Part shown: in pieces, positions 13,380 to 24,801 of the stretch | How the letters are laid out: each line of letters begins with the position of its first letter | How positions within the stretch are numbered: position 1 is the stretch's first letter | DNA from: Octopus bimaculoides | Lineage: Eukaryota | Direction: 5' to 3' | DNA length: 64,000 nt | Assembly: GCF_001194135.2 (NCBI RefSeq) | Contig: NC_068988.1 | Span: 4,349,249-4,413,248, forward strand | The notes under the pieces: generated by a model | Seen by the model: the letters and a program-made list of their open reading frames with translations, nothing else | The model's database searches: none | Told to the model about the DNA's origin: nothing | Program-made: the position numbers and the translations under genes

Positions 13380-13860
13380 AACAAAAGTTGTCCACCTGCT
13401 CTCTTTTAGCTTTCGGACCATCCAGTGCTGTCAGCACAATGGGCAACGAGCCTTCTCCAGACATCCAGATTGCTTGCTTTCCTCCTGGCTCCACTCAGGC
13501 CAACTCCCAATGCTATTATGTCATCCCAAAATGTACTGCACCACATCTTCCTTGGCCTTCCTCTTGGTCCCTTTCCTCCTTCCACTGTCCATTCCATCAC
13601 AATGGTAACATATCCATCTTGTTGCAATTGAAGAACATAGCAAGTAAACCATATCTGCCGCTTAGTCACCATCTCCTGCAAACTCTCCGTGCCTGATCTT
13701 CTCGTCACCTCTTTGTTTCTCACTCTGTCCTAGTTAGAGATGCCCAGAAATGAACATAGGCAATGACAACAGAACACATCCAGCAGTTGAGAGATCTTTC
13801 CTCTCTTCTACAGGCCTACACGGTTGTTGGCATAACAGTTCACTTGCAACCCTTATTTTA
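13380..13860 (-). pseudogene. RTE-clade LINE ORF2 C-terminal fragment
   Basis: ORF 13406-13723: RNKEVTRRSGTESLQEMVTKRQ...MEWTVEGGKGPRGRPRKMW...WRRLVAHC, preceded by DVFCCHCLCSFLGIS*DRV. This is a canonical RTE C-terminus. Confidence 0.8.
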
Positions 13861-13904
13861 TCAGTGGCACATGTGCCTCAAAGAATTCACAGCTAAGAGT
13901 CATA

Positions 13905-14110
13905 TCATCATCATTGTCCTCATCATCATCATTTAACATCCATCTTCCATGTTAGCATTTGTTGTACAGTTTGACAGGAGCTGACAAGCTAGAAGACAAT
14001 GCCAAGCGCCAATGGCTGCTTTGGCACAGTTTTTACCGTTGGATGTCCTTCCTACCATCAACCACTTTATAGAGTGAACTAAGTGCCTTTTACATGGCAC
14101 CAGCACCATA
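13905..14110 (-). mobile_element. RTE-tail repeat
   Basis: (CAT)n-TTTAACATCCATCTTCCATGTTAGCAT...GGATGTCCTTCCTACCATCAACCAC. Confidence 0.7.
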
Positions 14111-14544
14111 TGTTTTTCATTAAACTGTCTGCCTTCTTCCAAAACCCACAGCTTTATTGTTTGGTGTATATCATCGTATTAAGTATTCAGCAATTAGACT
14201 CCACCATAAAACTGATATTTTCTTTTCTATCTAAAGAAGTGTGTCACATTGTTTGATAGAGTGACTGGTTGTTATGTATTAGGCTTTATTTTTTTTAAAT
14301 GGTGAAGTCAAATGTTATATTAGAAAACTCAGAAGAACACATGTACGCAAATGTACGCATGAATAAACATACATGTACATACACAGAGATGTACACACAC
14401 AAACATGCACTCACACATACATATAAGCAAACACAACTAAAAATATAGTGGAAGAGAGAAAGGTGAAAGAAAGAGAGTGATGGGAATGGAGAGAGAATGT
14501 AAATGCAGTGAAAGGTTTTTAAGAAGACATCCATACATATACAG

Positions 14545-14553
14545 ACTTAAAGG

Positions 14554-14615
<62 letters not shown>
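14545..14615. repeat. (GATA)n/(GA)n microsatellite
   Basis: Simple repeat run. Confidence 0.95.
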
Positions 14616-15964
14616 AAGACAGATTAGTGAGAAGAGGTTGATATATTGGTATGACTAAGTTACTAGTTTCTTATCAAATACTTCATAAATCTTTCTCTAA
14701 CTCAAGACATTGTGTTGTGTCAATAAACCAGTCTCTAATATCTTTGTAAGCCAAAATGGATTCTTTGAGGTCCCTCAAGGAAGAAAATTCTTCAAGAATA
14801 CATATGTATGTGAATACATGTCTCTCTAATATATCTATATTTGTCACATTCTATCTATCTACACACACATACTTGTGTAAACACATACACACACACACAC
14901 ACATGTATATATAATTCTTTACAATTCAACAAGTATTTTCCATATTTCATGATTCCATGTTCTAAAGAATGTGTTATGTGGAATTTCTTCACTTCTCTGG
15001 ATCCTCTCTTATATCATCTGCACAATCTATTTCTCTCAAACTGGTTGCATTTCTTCCTCCAGGTCCCTTCCACTAGTCTACTTCCTCTATCGTTAACCTC
15101 CACCATTTTCTTTTTACTTGATGAGTTTGCAGGTAGGGACAGGCCCATAGCCATCACAGACTCCATTAGCGCTCATAGGCCCTCTGAGGCCCACCTGAGC
15201 AGATGACATTGACGTTATGCTCCTCTTGAAGGTCAAAACCTGCCAATAATACATGGACAAAACAAAAATTCCAGAAGACCAACATTCTGGGAAGAAAGAA
15301 CCTCTGCACAGTGATTAGTGAGGGCTCTGGTGGGGGTGGGATGGATACAATAAGGTGGATGGGAAGAGGAGAGATGAATTATATCAGGCATGCCTGAGCA
15401 AAGATTAGTTTCAGTCCACAGCTTCCGTCCCTACACCAAAAACTGTCCCGTTATTTCCTCACACATTTCTGTCTCTGATGTACAAACATTAATTCTCATA
15501 TAAACAGCTTTTCTTCTAGGTTAGTGTTCCATTTCAAAACCAACCATATTTAGCTTAATTCCACTTCTGCCAAAGATATTCTTTATCTCAAAAATTTCTA
15601 AAAAATCTCACATATTTCGTTTATAGAAAGACAACAATTTTATTGCTAATTAAAGAAACACTTATAAACCTGCTTCTTTCTATTTTTGTTCTAACCATTA
15701 TTCTTGTAAGCTCACTTCATCTAGATAGGCAAGCACGAAGGTGGTCTTTCACCGAGAGGAATGAGGAGAGAAAAAGAGATGGAGAAAGGAAAACAGTAGA
15801 GCGAAAAAACATTTCTGGATTAACAGCTGCACATGTTCAATTGATATAGATACAAATGTATATATATGTATATAGGGAGAATTCATAAAAAAAACAAAAG
15901 ACGAAGACAGGTGGTGTAGAAAACAAACAGATGTATTACTATAACGCTTGGGAATTGAAAAAGT

Positions 15965-16000
15965 CTTTAACATTTTGAGCCTACGCTCTTTCACAGTAAG
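15965..16000 (-). ncRNA. Decayed minimal type I hammerhead ribozyme
   Basis: CTGTGAA-AGAGC-GTAG-GCTC-AAAA-TGTTA. Stem II is perfect. The GAAA and CGTT positions show CpG-type decay. Confidence 0.55.
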
Positions 16001-16599
16001 GAACACAGAAAGAAACAAGGAGAGAAACAAGCAGAGAAAAATAATGTGTAGTGGTTAGCAATCTATCATGGCGAATGCCTGACAGAAGGGTCACACAGGA
16101 GAGCTAAGAAGAAGGGGAGATAACAAAGTAGTAGTGATCCCAAAACAAAGGTGCGCGTATGTAAGAGAGTACGTATGTGCGTGTGAAAGAGGGCTGGTGA
16201 TCTTGATGTGTGCGTGTGTGTATGTGTAGGTGTGAAAATGTGGGGATGGGAAGTAGTCAGTGCTGGTGCGTGCGTGGTGGTGTGTTGTGATGTGATGTGT
16301 TGTGGGGTATGGTGTGGTATGATGGTGTTGGGAGGTGGGGGAGGCGAGCATGGGGAAAGCACGGGTAGGGGGTAGAAGTGGGGTGTGTGGGGTTGGATGG
16401 GATGAGGAAGGTGGGCTAGGAATGTGTAAGGGTGGGGTGGGCTTATGAGGGAGGGTTGACGATGAAGGGGGAAGGGAAAGGTGGGTATGAGAGAAAGAGA
16501 GGAAGAGAAGAGAGAAAGACAGGGATGAAGAGAAGTAGGAGTCAGAGCAAGAGAGGAGAAGTGGGTGGGGTGAAGTAGGAGGGAGGAGGAGAAGCAAGG

Positions 16600-16950
16600 G
16601 GAGGAGGGTTGAGCCCATGTGGCGCAGACGAGCAAAGAGTTCATGGCGCAAACGGGAGTCTGGATGGCCCCTGTGCAAGGACAATCCGAACACGGACAGG
16701 TGTTGCAAAGAGTGACCGGTAGAACGGAAATGGCGTGAGACCGGGGTGTCATTGCCAAGGCGGATGTCTTGGAGGTGTTCCGCGAACCGGTCAGCCAAGC
16801 GGCGTCCCGTTTGTCCGATGTACAGAGAATGGCAGAGAGAGCTGGAGATGCAATAGATCATATTGGTAGAAGTGCAGGTGAAGGAGTCGGTGTGATCGGA
16901 TAGAATTGATGATGGATGCCAGTGAGAAGGGTGGTGTTGGAGAGGTAAGG
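16600..16950 (-). pseudogene. PLE GIY-YIG endonuclease, frameshifted
   Basis: DSFTCTSTNMIYCISSSLCHSLYIGQTGRRLADRFAEHLQDIRLGNDTPVSRHFRSTGHS...RLRHE, with SSAPHGLNP in another frame and upstream CPYLSNTT in a third. Confidence 0.9.
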
Positions 16951-17312
16951 GCAATAGGACATGTCCACAGGGGGAGGATAGTGAAACAGCTTCAAGATGA
17001 AGAGTAAACAGTTTCATGGTTCACAAGCAAGTGTGGCTCTGCAGCAGTAACATTCACTGAGAAGCAGTGAGCAAAGGATTAGCATTGCTGGAGCCATATG
17101 CTGCTGCACGTAATCCACAATAATCTAGTGACAAGGTGGATAAAGATGGATTGTAAATAAATCTTGTCTTCATCTCTATTTCTGTCTCTCTCTTTTTCTT
17201 TGTCTCTCCCCGTCACATCTTTGATGCACCACTGAGTGAAAGGCATGAGATGGGATACAATGCTTATGCCTGCCTGTGACTAAATGGGTGCCTAAAATGG
17301 AACCAATGGCAC

Positions 17313-17374
17313 GGTGCACAAGATGGTGCACAAGATGGTGCACAAGATGGTGCACAAGATGGTGCACAAGATGG
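17313..17374. repeat. 12-bp tandem repeat (GGTGCACAAGAT)x5
   Basis: Five perfect copies. Confidence 0.95.
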
Positions 17375-17471
17375 AAGCAATCCAAAGACGATAGATAAAT
17401 GGTGACATATTGTGAATTTCTGTATGCTGGTCATGGCTAAGTGGAAGAGTGTCTGCTATTCAAGAACCTAC

Positions 17472-17645
17472 TCAAATGATTAGTCAGCCCTGTGCTAAGG
17501 GTTATATTAGCACTTTTGGTCAACATTCGCATGAAACACAGAAATATTTTTGATGAAGTTTCTTCATTATATTTAGAAAAAAATAAATTTGTTCCTGACA
17601 TCAAGTCATATTTGATCATGAATGACAGCCAAAAAAGAGAACCAT
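17472..17645 (-). CDS. Candidate internal exon of unidentified host gene (phase 1 to 1)
   Basis: Acceptor ttattattatttcAG, donor A|GTAGGT, 174 nt open: GSLFWLSFMIKYDLMSGTNLFFSKYNEETSSKIFLCFMRMLTKSANITLSTGLTNHL. Confidence 0.4.
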
Positions 17646-18029
17646 CTGAAATAATAATAACCAACATACTGATCGTGATAATGTCTCAAATTTGTTTTAA
17701 AAGAGAAATTGTGACATTTCTCCATCTGGTCAGACAAGGTCATTCTTTGTGTATTTCTGGCAGTAATATACAAATTATGTCATGGTTTTTGTAATGTAAT
17801 TTGATTTCTGTTTCGGTTAAAGTTTTTTATAAAATACATATGCATTAAAAATATTTTACATCATATCAACTTCTTAAATTTGCTGTAGATACAGCACTGG
17901 ATTAAAAGCTCAGTGATCTTCTACTCCAATCTGCTACGTGTGTGATTCATGGTAAGTTTAGGCAGCAAATATTATCCTATATTTAATTAGTGTGAACATA
18001 TTGTAGAGAGCATAACAAGATGTAATTAG

Positions 18030-18350
18030 CAATATTTATACAATGAGGTTGCCTTTTCAGTCACACAGGGAGTAAACCAAGGTTGTGCATTCACTCCAAT
18101 ACTGTGTTTGGAAATATTGCAAGTGAGCTCACAGACGAAGTGTATGTCTGTTCAAAAATAGATCATACATTACTGAACACTCAAGGCTAAGATCCACAAG
18201 GAAGTACTATGTCATGAACATTCAGGATCTTTTGCTTTTTACTGATGACTCAATTTTGGGGATCCATTCTCTAAAAGATACCACTGTTCAATGTACAGCA
18301 ATAGGTTTTGGCCACTTAGCTGAAGATGTCTAATAAGACTAAAACATGAC
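18030..18350 (+). pseudogene. RTE/BovB-like reverse transcriptase remnant
   Basis: SVTQGVNQGCAFTPIL (compare TGVKQGCVLAPTLF) and IQDLLLFTDDSIL (compare LLFADD). Confidence 0.65.
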
Positions 18351-18852
18351 TGAAATTGTTGCCCATTCATGCCAAAATAATTAATACAATAATTATCATT
18401 GTCCTAATATTGTCTTTTCTTATCAAGTAAGTATTGTGAATGAGATTTTTTTATGCTTGCTATATCAGTTGAAGGATGTATTTTTTTCTTTAAATTCTAT
18501 ATCAACCTGTTTCACATAACAGACAGATATATGCATCAGATCGCCTGGGATATCCTGACAAACTAACCAGTGAGATTGGTCTTCTCTCATCCACCTGATT
18601 ATATGAAACCAAACCAAGTGTCAGACCTTAACATTTTCTCAGTTTTCAGATTTACAGCAGAGTATAAACGTGCTATTGTCATGTTCCTCATCTTGTTACA
18701 GGGTGTTTCAAATGTAAATCCCCAGCTGCTTCATGAATTTAGCTTCCAAATAACTTTGCACTTTCCGTTAATTCTAATGGTAAATTAGCAAAACTTAGCA
18801 AAGTAGTTCTGTTCTTTCTTCATGCAAAAATTTTCATTTTTCCATTGTATTC

Positions 18853-19060
18853 ATCGTCATCATCATCATCATCATCATTTAATGACTCCTTTTCCATATT
18901 TGCATAAGTCAAACAGAATTTGCTGAAGCATATTTTCTATGGCCAGATGTCCTTCCTGTCATCAACCCTCACTTGTTTCCCAGCAAGATGATATTTCTCA
19001 TGGCCAGACATGTTTTTGCACAGTAAACTTGAAATGCAAAACCACTTGCATAATGGTGAT
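18853..19060 (-). mobile_element. RTE-tail repeat, degenerate
   Basis: (CAT)n-TTTAATGAC...GGCCAGATGTCCTTCCTGTCATCAACC. Confidence 0.6.
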
Positions 19061-19184
19061 ACTCATTTACAACCATTGCCTAATGTCTAGACAAGAGTAT
19101 TCACATACATGCACACAAACATATGCATGCATGCGTGCATGCGCGTGCACGTGTGCACACACACACACACACACACGTAAATAA

Positions 19185-19310
19185 TAGGCTTCCAAATTCA
19201 TGCACATGAGATTGGTTGGCCCAGGGCTATAGTAGATGACACTTGCATGGGACTGAACCCAAAACAACATGGTTAGAAAGAAAGCATTTTCGACCACTGC
19301 AGCCACACGT
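19185..19310 (-). mobile_element. CORE-like SINE head, degenerate
   Basis: GGCTATAGTAGATGACACTTG...GGGACTGAACCC...ACCACTGCAGCCAC. Confidence 0.65.
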
Positions 19311-20209
19311 CTCTGCCTCTGCTTGAAGATAAATTTGATCTGATAGTGTGAGCCAAACCTAAATCCCTTGTATTACAGAAAACTCATTTCATCTGCAACT
19401 TGTTATAATCTTGTTTCTTTTATTACACTTTTCTCAAAGCGTTTAGTATTTAGTGTTTAGTGTCAACATCGTTCCACTAATCCTTTAGTCCACTTCAAAC
19501 ATTGAAATCTCAGTGACCAGAGTGTAAATGTATGACTAAAGACTTTCGCATGATATACTATTGCAGAAATGTAATTAAAAAATCAACGAATATATTATTA
19601 TGTGTGGCTTTCACAGTGAAACTGTCACCATTTTATATAAGACGGAATCTCATTTAAATACACTAACCATTCCAATCATCTCTTGTTTTTAAGCCATTCC
19701 ATTGATTCCCTACTAAATTATTTTGGTTTTCCAACTCACTCAGTTGTTAGATTAATTCAGAACCAAGGGACTGCTTCTCTCTCTTCCTCTCACTTTACCC
19801 CCACCCCCACCCCACTTCTCTCTCTCAGCCCCTATCTCTCTCTCTCTCTCTCTGATAATATTCTGGTCAGGACACTCTCATCATTTGTCCACTCAGCCAT
19901 TTTATGTTTTCCTGCAAATCATTCATGTCATCTCTCTGGACCAACGTGTTACAGTAGTAAACATTAAAGATACTTGGTTTTTGTTTTATTGTATTTGTTT
20001 TTATTCTCTATGTTTTGTTTGTTCTGTATTTTTATGCAGAGATACACTTCACTTTCTGTTTGTTATTTTTATTTTTTCTTAGGTCAAGGGCAAATTTCAA
20101 GCCATTAAATTAATCAATTTAAAATCTATTTTTGAGGAGGAATAATGTCATATAAATCGGATGACTGAAGAACGTGTTATAGAAGATAATGGCTTTATAT
20201 TATTTCCAG

Positions 20210-20355
20210 ACACTCAAAGCTTCTCTGGCACTATTTTTACTGTTAATGGATCTTGCTTGTAGTCATATGAAAATAGCCATGCTTAGTACAGGCAGTTCTG
20301 ACAGAGAAGTAGCCAACAGTGGTGAGGTGGGTCTTTGTTCACAGTTATGGAAGAG
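20210..20355 (+). CDS. Candidate plus-strand exon (coding or lncRNA)
   Basis: Acceptor tttatattatttccAG, perfect donor GAG|GTAAGT, frame 0 open: TLKASLALFLLLMDLACSHMKIAMLSTGSSDREVANSGEVGLCSQLWK. Confidence 0.25.
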
Positions 20356-20544
20356 GTAAGTAATATGACTGGTAGCAGAAGCAACAACAACAACAAATAG
20401 TAGAAATGGCTCAAGAATGACATCACAAGGTCCCGATGGTAGAATTGCAGAATTGGTACAGCAATGGTTGTTTTTTTTTTTACCTACACAGTGCCAAAGA
20501 GGACAGTTAGATCAGTTAAAATGGAAATATTGATATGTTGTATA

Positions 20545-20703
20545 GGCACAGAAATGACTGTATGGTAAGAAGCTTGCCAACCACATGGTTCTGGGTTCAG
20601 TTCCACTCCATGGCACCTTGGCCAGGTGTCTGCTACTCTAGCTCTGGACTAAACAAAGCTTTGTGAGTGGATTTGATAAGTGGAAACTGAAAGAAGCCTA
20701 TTG
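20545..20703 (+). mobile_element. CORE-like SINE head
   Basis: ATGACTGTATGGTAAGAAGCTTGCC...GGGTTCAGTTCC...GGCACCTTGGCCAGGTGTC...GGAAACTGAAAGAAGCC. Confidence 0.8.
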
Positions 20704-22085
20704 TATCATCATCATCATTTAACGTCCGTTCTCCATGCTGGCATGGGTTGTACACTTTGCCAGGAGCTGACCAGGCTCCTATTTGTCTGTTTTGGCATGT
20801 TTTCTATAGCTGGATACCCTTCGTAATGCCAACTACCCTCCAGGGTGTACTGGGTGCGTTTAATGTGACAGTGACACACATACTTTTATGTGGCGCTGGC
20901 ATGGCCTCTTCTATGAGGCACCAGCATAGATGTTTTCATTTGACACCAGCACCTGCAAGCTCACAAAACTAGGACCTCTTAGCTGAAATAGGGACACAGA
21001 AGACATGCCTGTATGTATGGACAGTCACAATTTTAATTAGTCTGACATGTCTTCCCACCAACAGCAAACTGCCAGAAATCTCAGTCCTTTGTCATCTCCT
21101 CTGTGAAGCCCAAAATCTGAAGTTCCTTTCTCACCACTTTGTCACACATCTTCCTGCTTCTACACAACCCCTTCATTATTTGAGATCAGCACTTCTTGAT
21201 GCAGCTCTCCTTATCCATATGTATCATATGACCATACCAGTGCAGTCTTCTCTCTTGGCACACTACATCTGATGCCTCTTATTCCCAATATTTTCTCTCA
21301 GATCACTTACACACAGTCATATCTGCACATTGATATTACCCATCGAGTGGAGCATGTTGGCTTCATTTCTTTCAAGCTTTCACATGCCCTCAGAAGTCAC
21401 AGCCTATGTCTCACTGTCATGTAGCACAGCTGTTCACATGCAGGCTTCATACAATCTACCTTTCACTCTGAGGTGCTGGTGGGGGGGCCTTTGTTACCAC
21501 CAAAGGTAGAAGCTCTCTGAACTTTGCCCAGCCTGTTCTTATTAAAAAAACTGCACTATCAGTACTACCACCATTGCTAACTTGGTTGCTGAAGTAACAG
21601 AAACTATTTACTACTTCTAAGAATCCCCCCTGGACATTTAAGGGAGTCTGTTTCCATACATTTCTAGAGTTTACTGTATCACACACTAAGATTGCTTTCC
21701 CTCGGTTACTGCTGCACCTCTTATGTGTTTATAGCTTGCATCAGTTACACTGAATGGAGTTTCTATCTACAGTTTTTCTCCATATTGAGCAGGGCCATTT
21801 TCCCGAAGGGATCAGTGACTTGTCTATTTTCCTACTTACTAGAACTTTGGTCTTAGCTAAATGAACTCCAAAGCTCTTAGATTCCAGACCATGCTTCTAC
21901 ACCTGAAATTTCCTCCCTAGTTCAGGTAGTGATTCAGTTATATGAACAAGGTCATCAGCATAGAGGAGATCCCAAAGGTAACCAATCTTAAACTCCTCTG
22001 TTATTACCTGGAGGATTATGATAAACAAGAGGGTGCTGAGAGCCAAACTTTGGTGAACTCCCTATCTGTATGCCAAATACCTAGC
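20704..22085 (-). mobile_element. 5'-truncated RTE LINE: RT C-terminal half plus 3'UTR ending in the (GAT)n tail
   Basis: Minus translation LWDLLYADDLV (YADD at 21951-21962), LAKTKVLV, PSGKWPCSI..NSIQCN*CKL*THKRC, EVVNSFCYF, RTGWAKFRELLPL. Multiple stops. RTE tail at 20704-20880. Confidence 0.9.
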
Positions 22086-22759
22086 TATACTCATTATATA
22101 AGTAAAAGACTAATACACTAACATAAGTTAATACAGGAGCTTCTAGATAGTCGCAGGATATGTTTTGTAGAAGAAAATCAGCATAATCATAAACTGGTTG
22201 GCCCCAACTGGAGCACTGGTCAAGTGGTAACGTTTGATCATAATTTTAATGCTAAAGAATTGAATACTCTTTGATCCAGAGTTCCAGAGGTCTGCCACTA
22301 AATATTCAAGCAACCATTTCCTTTTTTCTTAGATCTACACAAGTATGATGTTCATAAATTAATGAACTAAAACTTTCCCTTGTCAACTAATTAAACCGCT
22401 AATGATCAAATGCTAAACTTTAATCATTGATTCATTTATTAACCAACCATTTATGCTCCATCTTGTAAATTGCTTCAAGATATTCGAAAAAGTCTTGTTA
22501 GATAATCAGTTTTTCTCCAAAATTTTTGGGTTTTTCAAATATTGGATGAAATAAAGTTAATCGGAGAAATAGTTGAAACATTGTATGATGTAACAATAGT
22601 TTTACGGTGAGACAAAAGTTTTATGGTAATTAAAGGAGACATAGAGATTTTGTTGTAAAACAGCAACAGCAATGTGTTTCAGAGGCACACAATGGCTATT
22701 TGATACTTTATTTTATGCTAGAGATTAATTAAAGGAGAAATGGAATTCAATGATCATCG

Positions 22760-22900
22760 TTTTAATCTCTACTTTTTTATGCTTGTATGGGTCAAACAGA
22801 GTTTATTGAGGCAGAATTTGCCTGTACCAAATCTTGTTTGTGGAGGCAGATGTCTGGATGCCCTTCTGGAAGTGAGTGGCACTACTTGTATGAAGGTAGT
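22760..22900 (-). mobile_element. RTE-tail repeat, degenerate
   Basis: GATCATCGTTTTAATC...CTGGATGCCCTTC. Confidence 0.5.
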
Positions 22901-23280
22901 GTTTACATATTGCAAGGAGACATAAATCCTTGCTTCTACACATGCACACACTCACATATACATACATAAAAACATATATAGTATGTGTGTGAGTGAGCAT
23001 ATATATATATATATATATGTGTATATATATATATATANNNNNNNNNNGGACGAATTCTTTTACAAGAATTAATCAAGTAACTAGCGTGAAAAAACCTCAC
23101 AAGGGAAAAAGTCCATCATTTATTCCCGAAATATATATTTTTATATTTATATAAGGGCATTACTATACAATAGTGCCTCACGCTATGAGGGACTCTAAGG
23201 TCAGACTACGACAAAAAACACATTTTTACCGAACGCGAGGAAATGCAACTCTCAAAGCCAACCCCTTAAAAACAGACTGA

Positions 23281-23341
23281 ATTTTAGATCATGATTTCGT
23301 AGTTATTGTAGTATTATACAATCTCTACTCGTCAGTATAAT
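23281..23341 (-). ncRNA. Minimal type I hammerhead ribozyme, intact core
   Basis: TATA-CTGACGA-GTAG(agATTGTAtaatacTACAATaa)CTAC-GAAA-TCATGAT-C-TAAAA. Palindromic stem III ATCATGAT, AUC cleavage triplet. Confidence 0.8.
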
Positions 23342-23809
23342 ATGGTCAAGAAAAATAGCAGTAAACAGAAAATCAACATAACAAACGAACACTGTGTATC
23401 CAATATAGTACATAGAAGACTGTTCATTCCTATTTCCCTATGTAAGTGGCGGGAATTTCGAATTGCATCTCAGTACATGTGCTTTTTTCTCAGAATAAAT
23501 ATATAAATATAACAATATATATTTCGGGAATAAATGATGGATTTTTTTCCCTTGTGAGGTTTTTTCGCGCTAGCTACTTAATTAATTCTTGTAAAAGAAT
23601 TCGTCCTATTATTGAATTTAAATATATTACCAGAATATATTCAGTGCTGAATTTATTCTGAGAAAAAAGCACATGTACCGAGATGCAATCCGAAATTCCT
23701 GCCACTTACACAGGGAAATAGGGATGAACAGTCTTCTATGTACTATATTGGAAACACGGTGTTCGTTTGGTATGTTGATTTTCTGTTTACTGCTATTTTT
23801 CTTGACCAT

Positions 23810-23870
23810 ATTATACTGACGAGTAGAGGTTGTATAATACTACAATAACTACGAAATCATGATCTAAAAT
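23810..23870 (+). ncRNA. Minimal type I hammerhead ribozyme, intact core
   Basis: CTGACGA at 23816-23822, stem II GTAG/CTAC, GAAA at 23853-23856, palindrome ATCATGAT, predicted cleavage after C23864. Confidence 0.8.
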
Positions 23871-23994
23871 TCAGTCTGTTTTTAAGGGGTTGGCTTTGAG
23901 AGTTGCATTTCCTCGCGTTCGGTAAAAATGTGTTTTTTGTCGTAGTCTGACCTTAGAGTCCCTCATAGCGTGAGGCATTATTGTATAGTAATGC

Positions 23995-24038
<44 letters not shown>

Positions 24039-24519
24039 TTCATTCTTATCTGTCTCCTCTTCTATCTATTCTTGTGTCAAAAACAATATTTCTCCAGCGT
24101 TCACTACTTTACCTTGTCTGGCCTAGCGGCCCTCTGTGTTTGTTTTCGTTTGGTTTGTTTTATGTCTCCACTGTCCTGTTTTTGTTACCAACATTGATCC
24201 TCTGCAAATCCTAAATTTTATTTTGATTCACGGGAACAACTGCCTTTCAAACCCTCATATTGTCGCTAAATGCTCGAAATGAGCAGTAGATGGACAGCCG
24301 ACAACTGATGAAGGGTCGTTCTTTATGTTACTTGTCTTGCTTTCCATTTTTTTATCTCGTTTGTCTTTGTATTCCATTTTCCTTATGTATGTATGTACAT
24401 ATATGTATGTATATATGTATATAGATATATATATATCTTATTAATATTATTATATGACTGAACGCTACACATCCATTTCCAAGTAAGTTTATCTCATATA
24501 TATATATATATATACACAC

Positions 24520-24680
24520 AACAGTCTTACTTTAGTTTCTATCTATGATATCCACAGTCATGACTTTGTTCAGCCAAGGGTTATACTAGAAGACACTTGG
24601 CCAAGGTGCTGTGCAGTGGGACTGAACATGAAACCAGGTGCTTAGGTAATGAACTTCTGAACCAGACAGCCATACCATGC
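24520..24680 (-). mobile_element. CORE-like SINE head
   Basis: GAAGACACTTGGCCAAGGTGCTGTGCAGTGGGACTGAAC...ACCAGACAGCCA. Confidence 0.75.
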
Positions 24681-24713
24681 AATTAATCAGACCCTAAAAC
24701 TTAATCTCAATAC

Positions 24714-24801
24714 CTACAACTGGTAAATACATGCCACCAACAGCTACAGCTCTGTAGTACTGGTGGTGGTGCTGATGAGGTCACAATATAGTCGGTTACT
24801 T
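24714..24801 (-). CDS. Candidate internal exon of unidentified host gene (phase 1 to 2)
   Basis: Pyrimidine tract with CTGAC branch-like site and CAG acceptor, donor AG|GTATTG. Lies within the 72-aa ORF 24707-24925: VTDYIVTSSAPPPVLQSCSCWWHVFTSC. Confidence 0.35.

Larger units (their letters stand above)
15880..17030 (-). mobile_element. 5'-truncated Penelope-like element (PLE): GIY-YIG end of ORF, pyrimidine-rich 3'UTR, decayed hammerhead
   Basis: GIY-YIG domain at 16600-16900, a C/T-rich tract on the sense strand at 16100-16600, and an HHR-like motif at 15965-16000. Confidence 0.85.
23048..24000. mobile_element. Non-coding HHR-bearing element (PLE pLTR or retrozyme-like) in interleaved inverted arrangement A-B-A'-s-B'
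   Basis: 23048-23150 is the reverse complement of 23501-23606. 23151-23500 is the reverse complement of 23651-24000, with about 10 differences in 350 bp. Each B copy holds an HHR. Confidence 0.85.

Noticed and set aside
14660-14805. Protein-like minus-strand frame ILEEFSSLRDLKESILAYKDIRDWF...
   Set aside because: Weak acceptor, and an in-frame stop before any good donor.
17313-17374. CRISPR-like appearance
   Set aside because: Direct tandem units with no spacers, in a eukaryotic context.
24255-24320. GAAA and CTGATGA near each other (possible type II hammerhead)
   Set aside because: Stems II and III cannot be formed in hammerhead geometry. It is just an imperfect hairpin.
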